This document shows, piece by piece, positions 39,863-49,552 of a stretch of 64,000 nucleotides of DNA (position 1 is its first letter; every line of letters starts with the position of its first letter). A model generated the notes under the pieces. The model did not search any database, was not told the DNA's origin, and saw only the letters and a list, made by a program, of their open reading frames with translations. The stretch lies in the NCBI GenBank assembly GCA_000092065.1, contig CP000588.1; one strand, 5' to 3'. A program made the translations under genes and the position numbers. This DNA comes from Ostreococcus lucimarinus. Lineage: Eukaryota.

Positions 39863-40373
39863 CTCGCTCGTCTCTTTCATGCGTCATTCAAAACCTAAGC
39901 TTCGTCTTCTACGTCGCGTCTCGCTACGACCCTCCCATGTTTTGCAGCCTCCCGAGCACGACTTGCCCGCTCTCCAGGTACCGCAGCGCGCAGTTCGTCA
40001 GGCAGCTCGACTCGCTCGACGAAAACTTCGCGCCCGGCGCGTACGTCACGCACTTCTCGAAGCACGTCTCCGTGAGCTTCGCGACGACCTCGTTGAACAC
40101 CGCCTTGCGCTTTTCCTCCTGCGGCGCGATGAAACGTCAGTCGTGCGACGCGCGACGGCGAACGCGGCGAATCGAGCGCACCTCGAGGAACTGTTGCATG
40201 TGCGCGTCGTTGGCCTGCATCGCGACGCGGCCTCGACGGATCGAGGATCGCGCGCGCGGGTGTGACGACGAGACGCGAATTCGAGCCGAGTCGCGAGCGC
40301 GAGCGCGGCGAGACGACGCGAAGGACGCGACGCGCGCGCGGCGATCGGTCGACGGCGACGCGCCGCGCCGTCA

Positions 40374-40452
40374 ACTCGCATTTCAATTCCAACTCGCATT
40401 TCAATTTACGTTTCAATTCGCGTTTCAATTCGCGTTTCAATTCGCGCGTTCG
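40374..40452. repeat. Tandem 12-nt minisatellite (consensus TTCGCGTTTCAA, about 6.5 units)
   Basis: ctcgcatttcaa / ttccaactcgcatttcaa / tttacgtttcaa / ttcgcgtttcaa / ttcgcgtttcaa / ttcgcg... Lies immediately at or after the stop of the minus-strand methyltransferase gene (40437). Confidence 0.8.
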
Positions 40453-41126
40453 ACGGACGCTCGCGCGCGCGCGCGCCTCGGCACGACGAAGACGCCGAAG
40501 TCGGCGGCGCGATCGCGCCGAACCTCCCACGGCGTCGAATCGTCGGGCTCGGCGAACGCACCGTCGCGCTCGAAGTCCACGCACGCGTCCAGGGCGTCGA
40601 CGCACGTGACGATGCGAAAATCTCCAATCTCCCAGGCGCGCCGCAGCGTCGGCGACAGTCGACGCAGGCCCGCGCCCGTGAGCCACGCGAACGCGCACGT
40701 CGGCGCGGGTGAATCGAGCACGCCGCGCGCCAGCGCCTCGGCGGTCAACGCGGTGAGATCACCTTTGTGCACGGTGATCAAGTCCTCGAGATTCTCGCGC
40801 GCGACGCGTTCGCGCGCGTCTCGCACGAGCGCGTCGTCGAGCTCGAGGCCCACGCAGCGGCAGCCCCTCGCCTTGGCGGCGTCCACGAGCACGCGCCCAT
40901 CGCCGCATCCGAGGTCGTACAGGACGTCGGAGGACGACAGCGCGCACGCGTCGAAGGCGACGGCGCGTCGGCGCGGCTCCGTGGGCGCCCACGGGGCGAG
41001 GGACGTCGCCGCCGCCTCGGCGCACTTTTCGTCGTTTCGAGCGGCGAGCGCGGCGCGCAGCAGCGCGTTCTGCGCGCGCGCGACGTCGGCGGGATCGAAA
41101 TCGTACGCGTCTTCGTCGTCGCGCAT
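40437..41126 (-). CDS. Class I SAM methyltransferase, ATPSCKMT/FAM173-like lysine methyltransferase
   Basis: VLYDLGCGDGRVLVDAAKARGCRCVGLELDDALV (motif I plus acidic beta2), ITVHKGDL. ATG at 41124-41126. Confidence 0.55.
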   Translation of the reverse strand: MRDDEDAYDFDPADVARAQNALLRAALAARNDEKCAEAAATSLAPWAPTEPRRRAVAFDACALSSSDVLYDLGCGDGRVLVDAAKARGCRCVGLELDDALVRDARERVARENLEDLITVHKGDLTALTAEALARGVLDSPAPTCAFAWLTGAGLRRLSPTLRRAWEIGDFRIVTCVDALDACVDFERDGAFAEPDDSTPWEVRRDRAADFGVFVVPRRARARASVERAN

Positions 41127-41209
41127 CGCGCGAGCGCGCGGTCGAGCGCGAGCTCGATCGACCGCGCGCTGTGCGGTCGGGGACGCGCTTCGAGTCGAAT
41201 CGCGTCGCG

Positions 41210-41893
41210 TTACATGACGAGTCGAATCGCGGCCAAAGACAGCGCGCCGAGCGATACCAGCGTCCCCACGCTGTATCGAATAATTTCCGTCTTCGCCGCC
41301 TCTATCTGCGTTCGCATCTGATGCAACTCTCGATCGACGCGCGCCTCGACCTCTTTCATCTGACTCTCCTGAATCCCGTGCAACTCTCGCAGTCGTCCCT
41401 TCTCCAGATTCAAGTCCAACTTTTGCGACTGCGTGATCCTATCGATGTTATACTTGAGATCGGCGCGCAGCTTCTCGTTCTCCGCCTGCAGGGTTTCGGT
41501 GGAGTGTTTCATCGACGCGCTCGCCTCGCGCAGCGACGACGCCACCTCCTGCTTGAGCGCCTGCGTCTCCGCGCGTCCGTGCATCAACTCTCGCTCCAGT
41601 TCGTTTCTCGCGACGAATCCCGCGCGCGTCATGGACGTCAGCGCGCTCGCGACGATGGCCTCCGCCTGCGGTTCGCCGAACCCGCCCGCTTTCGCGAGCT
41701 GCTTGATGATGGCGTGCGAGTCGAACCGGTCGACCGTCGCCGCGGGCGGGTCCCACGCCGTCGCCGGCGACGCCGCGGACGCGCGCGCGCGTCGCGCGAC
41801 GCCGCGCGCGTCGAAACGATCGACCGTCGCGAGTCGCGGGTCGAGCGCGCGCGCGCGTCGCGCGACGCGCGTCGCGACGCCGCGCGCGAACAT
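41210..41893 (-). CDS. DUF1640 (CCDC90B/MCUR1-like) mitochondrial coiled-coil membrane protein
   Basis: FDSHAIIKQLAKAGGFGEPQAEAIVASALTSM matches CCDC90B [28 protein letters not shown]. Coiled coil plus C-terminal TM (TLVSLGALSLAAIRLV). The ORF opens at 41914 with TTG; the first ATG is at 41893. Confidence 0.65.
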   Translation of the reverse strand: MFARGVATRVARRARALDPRLATVDRFDARGVARRARASAASPATAWDPPAATVDRFDSHAIIKQLAKAGGFGEPQAEAIVASALTSMTRAGFVARNELERELMHGRAETQALKQEVASSLREASASMKHSTETLQAENEKLRADLKYNIDRITQSQKLDLNLEKGRLRELHGIQESQMKEVEARVDRELHQMRTQIEAAKTEIIRYSVGTLVSLGALSLAAIRLVM

Positions 41894-42101
41894 CGATTTG
41901 AACGATGAATTCAAAGCCGTCGTCGCGCGGCGTCGCGCGGCGTCGCCGAAGCGCGGGCGTCGAGACGCGCGCGCGAGCGTGCGAACCTCGAGACGCGCGC
42001 GCGACGCGGACGCGCGACGCGCGCGCGACGCGACGCGAACGCGGTGATGTGAAGCGACGCGGTCGTTAGTCCCGCGGTACTTCGTCGCGCCGCGCGCCGC
42101 G

Positions 42102-44078
42102 ATGGCGACGCGATCGACGCTCGAGCGCGCCGTCGCGCGCGCGGGCGGTGCGCGCGCGTCGCGCGCGCGATCGCGCGCGACGCGGCGACGACGGGTGACG
42201 ACGCGCGCGGCGCCGAAGGGTGAGAGGAGGCGCGGCGGCGGCGCCGGAGCGAAGACGAAACGCGCGCCCGCGCGCGCGAACGACGACGACGACGGCGACG
42301 CGTGGCGCGTGTACGACGTGCACGTGCCGCTCGATCGTGACCTGGGTAAGGACTCGAGCGAGGCGTCGCCCGCGGTGCTGGAGGCGGTGCAAAAGATTTT
42401 GGGGACGGCGCGGACGCCGAGCGCGAGCGGGACGCGCGTGCGAAGGAAGACGTGCGACGCGCGGACGGATCCGCCGGGATTTAGTTACGTCGTGGACGTC
42501 ACGGATGAGGCGATCGTCGCGTGCGGCGGGACGAAGAGGCCGATACGCGCGCGGGCGAAAAAAATTGAACGGTGCGGCGCGGAGGCGGCGCCGGACATCG
42601 CGAGAAACGCTCGCGAGTTGCGAAACGCGTTCGAACGCGCGCCGGATCGGCGCGAGGGGGGGGCGACCGGCGAAACGACTGTTTTTAGCGACGGTGATGA
42701 TGATCGAGTGGTCGTCGTCGGTTTAGGGCCGGCCGGGTTGTTCGCCGCGTTGGCGCTCGCCGAGGCGGGCGAACGCGTGACGGTGTTCGAGCGCGGGCAG
42801 CCAGTGGAAGAGCGCGGACGAGACATCGGCGCGCTATTCGCGCGCAGACAGTTGAACGAAGAGTCGAATTTGTGTTACGGCGAAGGTGGCGCGGGCACGT
42901 GGTCGGATGGAAAGCTCACGACGCGAATCGGTCGAAACAGCGAACGCGTCCGCGCGGTGTTGCACGCGCTCGTCGCATTCGGCGCGCCTGAGAACATTCT
43001 CGTCGACGGCAAGCCGCACTTGGGTACCGATCGTTTGGTGCGAATCTTGCGCACGGCGAGAAAATATTTAGAGGGACTGGGGGTGGAGTTTAGATTCGGC
43101 GTGCGGTGCGCGCGGGTGAACCGCGATCCGAACACCGGGGACGCGTGCGGTGTGACGCTCGCCGACGGCGCCGTGGTGGCCGCCAAAGCCGTCGTGCTCG
43201 CCGCCGGGCACTCATCCAGAGGTCTCATGGAAGCCTTACACGAAGAAGACGTGAAACTGACGTATCAATCCTTCGCGGCGGGTTTTCGCATCGAACATCC
43301 GCAAGGAATGTTGGACACGATTCAATATGGCGAAAAGTACGCCGGATACGTCGACGGCGGTAAAGGCCCGCTCCCGGTGGCGGATTATCGCGTGGCGAAC
43401 ACTGTTCCCGACGGCGTCGCCGCTGGACGCGCGTGTTACAGCTTTTGCATGTGTCCGGGCGGTCAAATCGTCCCTACGTCCACAGTAGAGGACGAGTTGT
43501 GCATCAACGGCATGAGTTTCAGCAAAAGATCGAGCAAGTGGGCAAACAGCGGATTGGTGAGCACCATCACCGAACGCGACGCGAAGCCGTTCGCGGACGA
43601 AGGCTACGAACCGTTGTGTGGGGTTTCATTCCAGCGTCACATCGAACGCGAGGCGGCGATAATGGGCGGAGGCAAACTCGTCGTCCCTGTGCAGACGGCG
43701 GAGGATTTTTTGAGCGAAACCGTTTCGAACGCGTCGACGCTTCCGTCGAGTTCGTACAGACTAGGGGTCGTGCCGGGACCGTTACACGAGTTGTACCCAC
43801 GCGAAGTGACGAAGGCGATTCAGGAATCGCTCGCGCGTTTCGATAAGCAACTCCCGGGATTTGCCGGTTCACAGGCGCTCATTCACGCGCCGGAGGCGCG
43901 CACGTCGTCTCCCGTTCGCATAGACCGCGACAAAGAGACGTTAGAGTCCGTGTCGTGTCGCGCGTTGTATCCCACGGGCGAAGGTGCGGGCTATGCCGGC
44001 GGGATTGTCTCCGCAGCGTGCGACGGGCTCGCGGCGGCGACGGAAATTTTGCGCGCGTACAAGAGTGCGCAGGCGTGA
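42102..44078 (+). CDS. FAD-dependent oxidoreductase (COG2509-type NAD(P)/FAD-binding protein), plastid-targeted
   Basis: Rossmann GxGxxG VVVGLGPAGLFAALALAEAG, ...WSDGKLTTRIGRNS..., C-terminal GEGAGYAGGIVSAACDG. Arg-rich N-terminal presequence. Confidence 0.65.
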   Translation: MATRSTLERAVARAGGARASRARSRATRRRRVTTRAAPKGERRRGGGAGAKTKRAPARANDDDDGDAWRVYDVHVPLDRDLGKDSSEASPAVLEAVQKILGTARTPSASGTRVRRKTCDARTDPPGFSYVVDVTDEAIVACGGTKRPIRARAKKIERCGAEAAPDIARNARELRNAFERAPDRREGGATGETTVFSDGDDDRVVVVGLGPAGLFAALALAEAGERVTVFERGQPVEERGRDIGALFARRQLNEESNLCYGEGGAGTWSDGKLTTRIGRNSERVRAVLHALVAFGAPENILVDGKPHLGTDRLVRILRTARKYLEGLGVEFRFGVRCARVNRDPNTGDACGVTLADGAVVAAKAVVLAAGHSSRGLMEALHEEDVKLTYQSFAAGFRIEHPQGMLDTIQYGEKYAGYVDGGKGPLPVADYRVANTVPDGVAAGRACYSFCMCPGGQIVPTSTVEDELCINGMSFSKRSSKWANSGLVSTITERDAKPFADEGYEPLCGVSFQRHIEREAAIMGGGKLVVPVQTAEDFLSETVSNASTLPSSSYRLGVVPGPLHELYPREVTKAIQESLARFDKQLPGFAGSQALIHAPEARTSSPVRIDRDKETLESVSCRALYPTGEGAGYAGGIVSAACDGLAAATEILRAYKSAQA

Positions 44079-44161
44079 TTCGGAGGTGAATGACAACGAT
44101 GTGTTAATGCGATACACCAGCTAAATATTTGTTTTGTACAAGCGACTGGGCGTCAGCTCTT

Positions 44162-45595
44162 TCACGCCGTGCGCGCCAAGAACCCGCCGCCTCGCGTCGG
44201 CAGCTCCCACGCGCGATTTACGTCGAACGCGTCGCCAACGGCAGCAATTGGTGGGGCGTCCAAATCTTCGTCCGAAATCGCGATCAGCGTCGCGTCTAGT
44301 ACCGATCGAACCGTCGTGTCGGGATGTTTCGAACGCTTTTGTAAATCTTCCTCGACCAAGCGCCGCCACGCCTTGTTGTTGGCGCACCCGTGGAATAAAT
44401 TTTGAATAGGATGCATCATGTGACGAACGCTCGGAATGCGATACCCATCCTTCGCGGTACCGTATCTACCGATCGTTTCATCCGCGTACACCGCGTACTT
44501 GTTCAAAAAGTCGCGCCTGGACGCGCTCGGGTTGGACGCCTCGCCGAAGAGCGTGGTGTCCGCGGCGCTGAGCAACCCCCACGGATCCGCGTGTGCCTGT
44601 CGACCAATCATCGCCCCCACGATCGGCCCTCCGTCCTCGGGCCCGCGTTTGAGAACGTTCTTCACATCGTTCAGCGTCTTTAATCCACCGTTCAAGTGAA
44701 ACTCGCACTCGGGAAAATCTCTCGCCAACGCGTACGCCCACTCGTGCTTGAGCGGAGGCACCGTTCGATTCTCCGCGGGCGACAATCCGGCGAGCAACGC
44801 TTTGCGCGCGTGCACGTAAAATCGACGCGTCGAGCTCCCCGCGACGATGCGTTCGACGTAATCGCACAGATCGTCGTACGAATCCACGTCATCGACCCCG
44901 ATTCGACACTTCACGCTCACCGGCGTCCCCTCGGGCGCGTTCTCCGCCATCGCCGCCAGGCACTCCGCCACCAACCCCGGCTCCGCCATGAGCGCCGCTC
45001 CGAAGCACCCCTTCCCCGCCACCTTCGGGCTCGGGCATCCACTGTTCAAATTTATCTCGTCGTACCCGTACGGCGCCGCGATCGCCGTCGCGCGTCCTAA
45101 ATATTCCGGCGTCGACCCTCCCAACTGCAGCACCGTCCCAAACGTCGCCGCGGGATAATCCAAAAATTTATCCACCCGATCCCCATCTCGCGCGCTGTGC
45201 GTCACCGTCTGATCCACCTCCATCTCCGTCCACAGCATGACGCGCCTGGACATCAACCGCGCCATGACGCGAAAGTGCGGCGTCGTGTACTCCATCATCG
45301 GCGCGACGCTCAGCGCCGCGCGTCCCGCGTCCACGCGTTCCCGCGTCGCGCGCGCGCGCTCCACGTCGACGCCCTCGACGCCCGGTCCGCGGACGTAACA
45401 CTCCGACGCCCACAACCACGTCGACGCGCTCGCCTTCGTCGCGACGCCGCGCGCGTCGCGTCGTCGCGCCGCCACCGCGCCGTCGCGCGTCGTGCTCCGC
45501 CCGTCGCGTCGCGTCGTCGCGCGCGCGTCGCGCGTCGCGCGCGCCGTTCGCGCGCGCATCGCGCGCAGCATCGACCGCGGCGCGCCGCGGCGCAT
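44162..45595 (-). CDS. DUSA: tRNA-dihydrouridine synthase A (DusA-like), organellar
   Basis: VAPMMEYTTPHFR...LQLGGSTPE...EINLNSGCPSPKVAGKGCFGAALM...VKCRIG. Collinear with bacterial DusA. Arg-rich presequence. Confidence 0.8.
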   Translation of the reverse strand: MRRGAPRSMLRAMRARTARATRDARATTRRDGRSTTRDGAVAARRRDARGVATKASASTWLWASECYVRGPGVEGVDVERARATRERVDAGRAALSVAPMMEYTTPHFRVMARLMSRRVMLWTEMEVDQTVTHSARDGDRVDKFLDYPAATFGTVLQLGGSTPEYLGRATAIAAPYGYDEINLNSGCPSPKVAGKGCFGAALMAEPGLVAECLAAMAENAPEGTPVSVKCRIGVDDVDSYDDLCDYVERIVAGSSTRRFYVHARKALLAGLSPAENRTVPPLKHEWAYALARDFPECEFHLNGGLKTLNDVKNVLKRGPEDGGPIVGAMIGRQAHADPWGLLSAADTTLFGEASNPSASRRDFLNKYAVYADETIGRYGTAKDGYRIPSVRHMMHPIQNLFHGCANNKAWRRLVEEDLQKRSKHPDTTVRSVLDATLIAISDEDLDAPPIAAVGDAFDVNRAWELPTRGGGFLARTA

Positions 45596-45654
45596 CGACG
45601 CGCCGCGCGCCGCGACGACGCGCGATTCGTCGCGTCGGCGTCACTCTGTGCCGC

Positions 45655-46107
45655 ATGCGTCCATCGTTCGCGACGCCGCGCGCCGCGACGCCGCGCGCCG
45701 CGACGCCGCGCGCGGCGCGAGCGACGCGCGCGACGCCTCGGCGCGCCGCGACGCCGACCCGCGCGACGCGCGACGACCGCGCGAGGGATCTGTTCGCCAA
45801 TTTGTACCGGGGCGGCGGTGGGAAACAAATCTACTACGGCGTGTTTCAGCGCGACGCGCCGGCGAGCGCGACGAAGAGCGAGGAAGCGCGCGCGCGATCG
45901 CGCGATGAAGCCGCGAAGACGCTGACGAACATCGACGCGGAGGAACGCGGACGACGGATGGAGGTGGGGAAGGCGGCGGGCGCGGCGACGGCGGCGCTCG
46001 CGGCGGCGCAGCTGGCGCTGGGGGCGACGCGCGTCGAACGGTTGGCGATCGCGGTGCCGCTGTTCTTCGCGCTCGGGTTCGTGGGAAGCGCGAAGACGGG
46101 GTTGTGA
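45655..46107 (+). CDS. Small hydrophobic protein of unknown function (two predicted TM segments), terminated by TGA with an in-frame downstream ORF continuing to 46272
   Basis: ATG at 45655. ...GKAAGAATAALAAAQLALGATRVERLAIAVPLFFALGFVGSAKTGL-TGA-NIAQAGVWDVDGTGLQDIEDESVATAIRKKVNDFNGKSAAAVAVITAMYVALPV-TAG. Confidence 0.35.
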   Translation: MRPSFATPRAATPRAATPRAARATRATPRRAATPTRATRDDRARDLFANLYRGGGGKQIYYGVFQRDAPASATKSEEARARSRDEAAKTLTNIDAEERGRRMEVGKAAGAATAALAAAQLALGATRVERLAIAVPLFFALGFVGSAKTGL

Positions 46108-46457
46108 AACATCGCGCAAGCCGGCGTTTGGGACGTCGATGGCACTGGTTTGCAAGATATCGAGGACGAGTCGGTGGCGACGGCGATTCGTAAAAAGGTT
46201 AACGATTTTAACGGTAAAAGCGCGGCGGCGGTGGCGGTGATCACCGCGATGTACGTCGCGCTGCCGGTGTAGACGTCGGTCGTCGAACGGTGTCGTTCGG
46301 TGGGATGGTGCGCCGTGACGGCGCGCGCCGAAAGCGCTGACGCGTTCAGCGAGGCGCGCGCTCGATACGCCATCTCACTTTGTGACGCGCGAGAGTTTGG
46401 CGATGTGTTGTAAAATTACGCTTCTTTCATTTCAATCTAGAGAAGACGATTTCGTTA

Positions 46458-48521
46458 TTAGTCTGTCTTCGGCGGCGGCGCGACGGATCGCACGTGCAGA
46501 TCGGCGTATTGGGCGTCGCTCACTTGTCCCGGCGCCTCGGTGAGCAAGCACTGCCCGGCGGCGGTTTTCGGGAACGCGATGACGTCGCGAATCGATTTTG
46601 CCCCCGCGAGCATCATCACCAATCGATCGAGCCCGAACGCGAGACCGCCGTGCGGTGGGGCGCCGTATTGGAACGCCTCCATGAGGTAACCGAACTTGTT
46701 CTCCGCCTCTTCGTCGCTCAAACCGATGGCGCGGAAGACTTTTTCTTGCACGTCTCGACGATAAATACGCAGCGATCCACCGCCAATTTCCACGCCGTTA
46801 TACACCAAATCATACGCGATCGCGCGCGCACCGGTTAAATCATCCGGATTCGCCGCGGCGTCGTCTTGGTTGGGCGCCGTGAACGGGTGGTGCATCGCCT
46901 CGTAACGGTTTTCGTCCTCGTTGAACTCAAACATCGGGAACTCAGTGATCCACAGCACCGCGTGCGCGTTCTCGGGGATCATGTCGTACGTCTTCGCGAT
47001 GTACTGTCGAACGCGATCGAGGGTTTTGTTCACCAAAGCCTTGTTCCCCGCCGCGAAGAGCATCAAATCCCCGGGCTTGGCGCCCGAGGCGGAGATCATC
47101 GCCGCCGCGTGCGCCGCCGTCCCTTCGACCAAACCCTTCGCACCTTCGAGCGATTTCCCGTCATCGGCGACGCGCGCGAACGCCAAACCGCCCGCGCCCG
47201 CCGCGAGCGCTTCGTTGAACACATCACCCTTCGGTTTGAGCTTCGAGTTCGGTATTTTCTTATCGTCGTCGACGACGAGCGCCTTGACGGTGCCGTTGGA
47301 CTCCGCGAGCGCGTCGGCGAAGATTTTGAACTCACATCCCGCCAACGCGTCGTCGAGCGTGGTCATCTCTAACCCGTATCGCAAATCTGGTTTATCGCTG
47401 CCGTACTTTTCCATCGCATGCGCGTATGTCATCTGCGGAAAACTCGCCGGCAAATCGACGTCGACGCCGCTCTTGAACGCGGCGCGCATTAAATCCTCTG
47501 CGAGCTTCATGATCCCGGCGTCATCCGTGAACGCCATCTCGATGTCGAGCTGCGTGAATTCCGGTTGACGATCGGCGCGCAAGTCTTCGTCTCTGAAGCA
47601 CCTCGCGACTTGATAGTATCGATCGACGCCCGCAACCATGAGCATTTGCTTGAAGAGTTGCGGTGATTGCGGCAACGCGTACGCCCCCCCCGGCTGCAAA
47701 CGACTCGGCACCAAGTAATCCCGCGCCCCCTCCGGCGTGCTTCGCGTCAGCATCGGCGTTTCGACCTCTAAAAACCCGTAATCGTCCTCCATCACCTTGC
47801 GCAACGCGCGGAGCGTATCGTGACGAAGCTTTAAATTCCTCGCCATTTGCGGTCGACGCAAATCCAACACGCGATGCTCCAAACGCGTCTCCTCCTTGAT
47901 TTCCTCCTTCTCCCCGCTCGACTCCGACACCGCGAACGGCAACGATTTCCCCACAGAGTTCAAAATCTTCAACTCCGTGACCACGAGCTCGACCGTCCCC
48001 GTCTTTGTCTTTTTATTCACGCTCTTCCTCGCTCGAACCGTCCCTCGCGCGCGCACCACGCACTCCTGTCTCAAGTTCCCGAACGTCTCCCGCACCTCCG
48101 CCGACGCGTCCTCGTCCGCGACGATCTGCGCGATTCCACTGTGATCGCGCACGTCCGCGAACGCGATCCCGCCCATATCGCGCGATTTATCGATCCATCC
48201 GCACAGCGTCGCCTCCGCGCCGACGTCCCCGTCCCGCAGCGTCCCCGCCAGCCGGTCCCGGCTCGGCCACTCCAGCGCCTCGCTCGACGACGACGACGCG
48301 CGCGCGCGCGTCGAGTCCACCCTCGCCATCCCTCGCGCGCGCTCGCGCGCGCATCGCGCGCCGTGCGCCGTCGTGAACGCGCGCGCGACGCGCGTCCGCG
48401 TCCCCACCGCGCTCGCCGTCTCCGCGCCCGCGCGCGCCGCCCTGGCCGTCTTCGCGCGCGCGCTCGACGCGAATCGCGCGCGCATGAGCTCGCGCTCGAG
48501 TCGGAAGCGCGCGAGCGACAT
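46458..48521 (-). CDS. ASPS: Aspartate--tRNA ligase, bacterial/organellar type (class II aaRS, AspRS type 1)
   Basis: Anticodon-binding OB fold, motif 1/2/3 (FRDEDLRADRQPEFTQLD, GGGSLRIYRRDVQ, GLAFGLDRLVMMLAGAKSIRDVIAFPKT). N-terminal presequence. Start taken at ATG 48519-48521. Confidence 0.9.
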   Translation of the reverse strand: MSLARFRLERELMRARFASSARAKTARAARAGAETASAVGTRTRVARAFTTAHGARCARERARGMARVDSTRARASSSSSEALEWPSRDRLAGTLRDGDVGAEATLCGWIDKSRDMGGIAFADVRDHSGIAQIVADEDASAEVRETFGNLRQECVVRARGTVRARKSVNKKTKTGTVELVVTELKILNSVGKSLPFAVSESSGEKEEIKEETRLEHRVLDLRRPQMARNLKLRHDTLRALRKVMEDDYGFLEVETPMLTRSTPEGARDYLVPSRLQPGGAYALPQSPQLFKQMLMVAGVDRYYQVARCFRDEDLRADRQPEFTQLDIEMAFTDDAGIMKLAEDLMRAAFKSGVDVDLPASFPQMTYAHAMEKYGSDKPDLRYGLEMTTLDDALAGCEFKIFADALAESNGTVKALVVDDDKKIPNSKLKPKGDVFNEALAAGAGGLAFARVADDGKSLEGAKGLVEGTAAHAAAMISASGAKPGDLMLFAAGNKALVNKTLDRVRQYIAKTYDMIPENAHAVLWITEFPMFEFNEDENRYEAMHHPFTAPNQDDAAANPDDLTGARAIAYDLVYNGVEIGGGSLRIYRRDVQEKVFRAIGLSDEEAENKFGYLMEAFQYGAPPHGGLAFGLDRLVMMLAGAKSIRDVIAFPKTAAGQCLLTEAPGQVSDAQYADLHVRSVAPPPKTD

Positions 48522-48646
48522 CGCGCGCGACGACGCGACGCGGCGGACGACGACGCGCGTCGACGTTTGAGGTTTTGGCGTCGTCGACGACGACGCGCGC
48601 GCAGAACGCGACGCCGCGCCCGCGCGCGCGCGCATCGCGTCGCGCG

Positions 48647-49471
48647 ATGCTCCGCGCCTTCGCGCGCCCTCCCGGCGCGATCGCGGCGTCGGCGACGCGC
48701 GACGCGACGCGCGAAGACGGCGCGAAGTTTGCGAATCAAAAAGCGCGCGCGACGGTTGGACGAAAACCGCGCGCGCCTCGCGCGCGCGCGCGCGACGACG
48801 ACGACCGAGCGGTCGCGCGCGATTGGGCCGACGTCGACGCGCGCGGTTTCGGTCGCGGATCGAGCGCGCTCGATCGCGCGCGGTACGTGGTGAGGGACGC
48901 GAAGGCTCGACTCGCGCTGCCGTCGAGCGACGGCGGCGTCGTCGGCGAGCGGCCGTTCAGCGACGTCGTCTACGGATGCGCGTTCTGCGCGGCGACGACG
49001 TACGCGTTGGGCGCTGTGGATTGTTGGATGCGCGCGAACGCGATGGCGCGCGCGCCGTTCATGATCGGGGCGTGGGCGAGCCTGTCGGTGCTGGCGTTCG
49101 GCGTCGTCGACGCGCCGCCGCTGCGATGGTGGAATTTAATCGTCGCCACGACGTGCTCGGCGCTCATCGGCGTTCTGTCGGTGCGCGCGTTCGGGGCGAA
49201 TCACGTCGCGCGCGCGGTCGCGCTCGGCGCGTCGCTCGCGGTGATGATGCGTCTGGGCGCGATTCATCCGCCCGCGGGCGCGGTGGCGTTCGCGGCGGTG
49301 GAATCGCCCGCGTTCGCGGATTTGGGATGGTGGTTCGCCGTCTATCCCGCGCTCATCGGCGCCGTGTTCATCGCGTGCGCGGGCAAGGCGTGCGAGTGGG
49401 TCAAGTTGAATCGCGCGTTCGAGTTCGCGGACGTCGCGCGTGTATTTTCGAGTGCATTTTCGTCGTCCTAG
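48647..49471 (+). CDS. HPP: HPP-family integral membrane protein (chloroplast nitrite-transporter family)
   Basis: HPPAGA motif (MMRLGAIHPPAGAVAFAAV), four TM segments. The ORF opens at 48575 with TTG; the first ATG is at 48647 (MLRAFARPP transit-peptide-like). Confidence 0.7.
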   Translation: MLRAFARPPGAIAASATRDATREDGAKFANQKARATVGRKPRAPRARARDDDDRAVARDWADVDARGFGRGSSALDRARYVVRDAKARLALPSSDGGVVGERPFSDVVYGCAFCAATTYALGAVDCWMRANAMARAPFMIGAWASLSVLAFGVVDAPPLRWWNLIVATTCSALIGVLSVRAFGANHVARAVALGASLAVMMRLGAIHPPAGAVAFAAVESPAFADLGWWFAVYPALIGAVFIACAGKACEWVKLNRAFEFADVARVFSSAFSSS

Positions 49472-49552
49472 CGTCGTCGCGTCGTAGCGTTGGTTTGAAA
49501 CTGTTTTGACGATGCGCGCGTTCGTTCGCCTCATTCGCGCGCGCTCGGACGC

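Noticed and set aside
40374-40452. Tandem repeat as a possible CRISPR array
   Set aside because: 12-nt units with no spacers, in a eukaryotic intron-containing genome with no cas genes. It is a minisatellite.
46273-46460. SECIS downstream of the TGA-interrupted small membrane protein ORF
   Set aside because: A GTGA...AAA...TGA arrangement at about 46300-46340 has only 4 nt between AAA and TGA, so helix II cannot form. This is not a credible SECIS.
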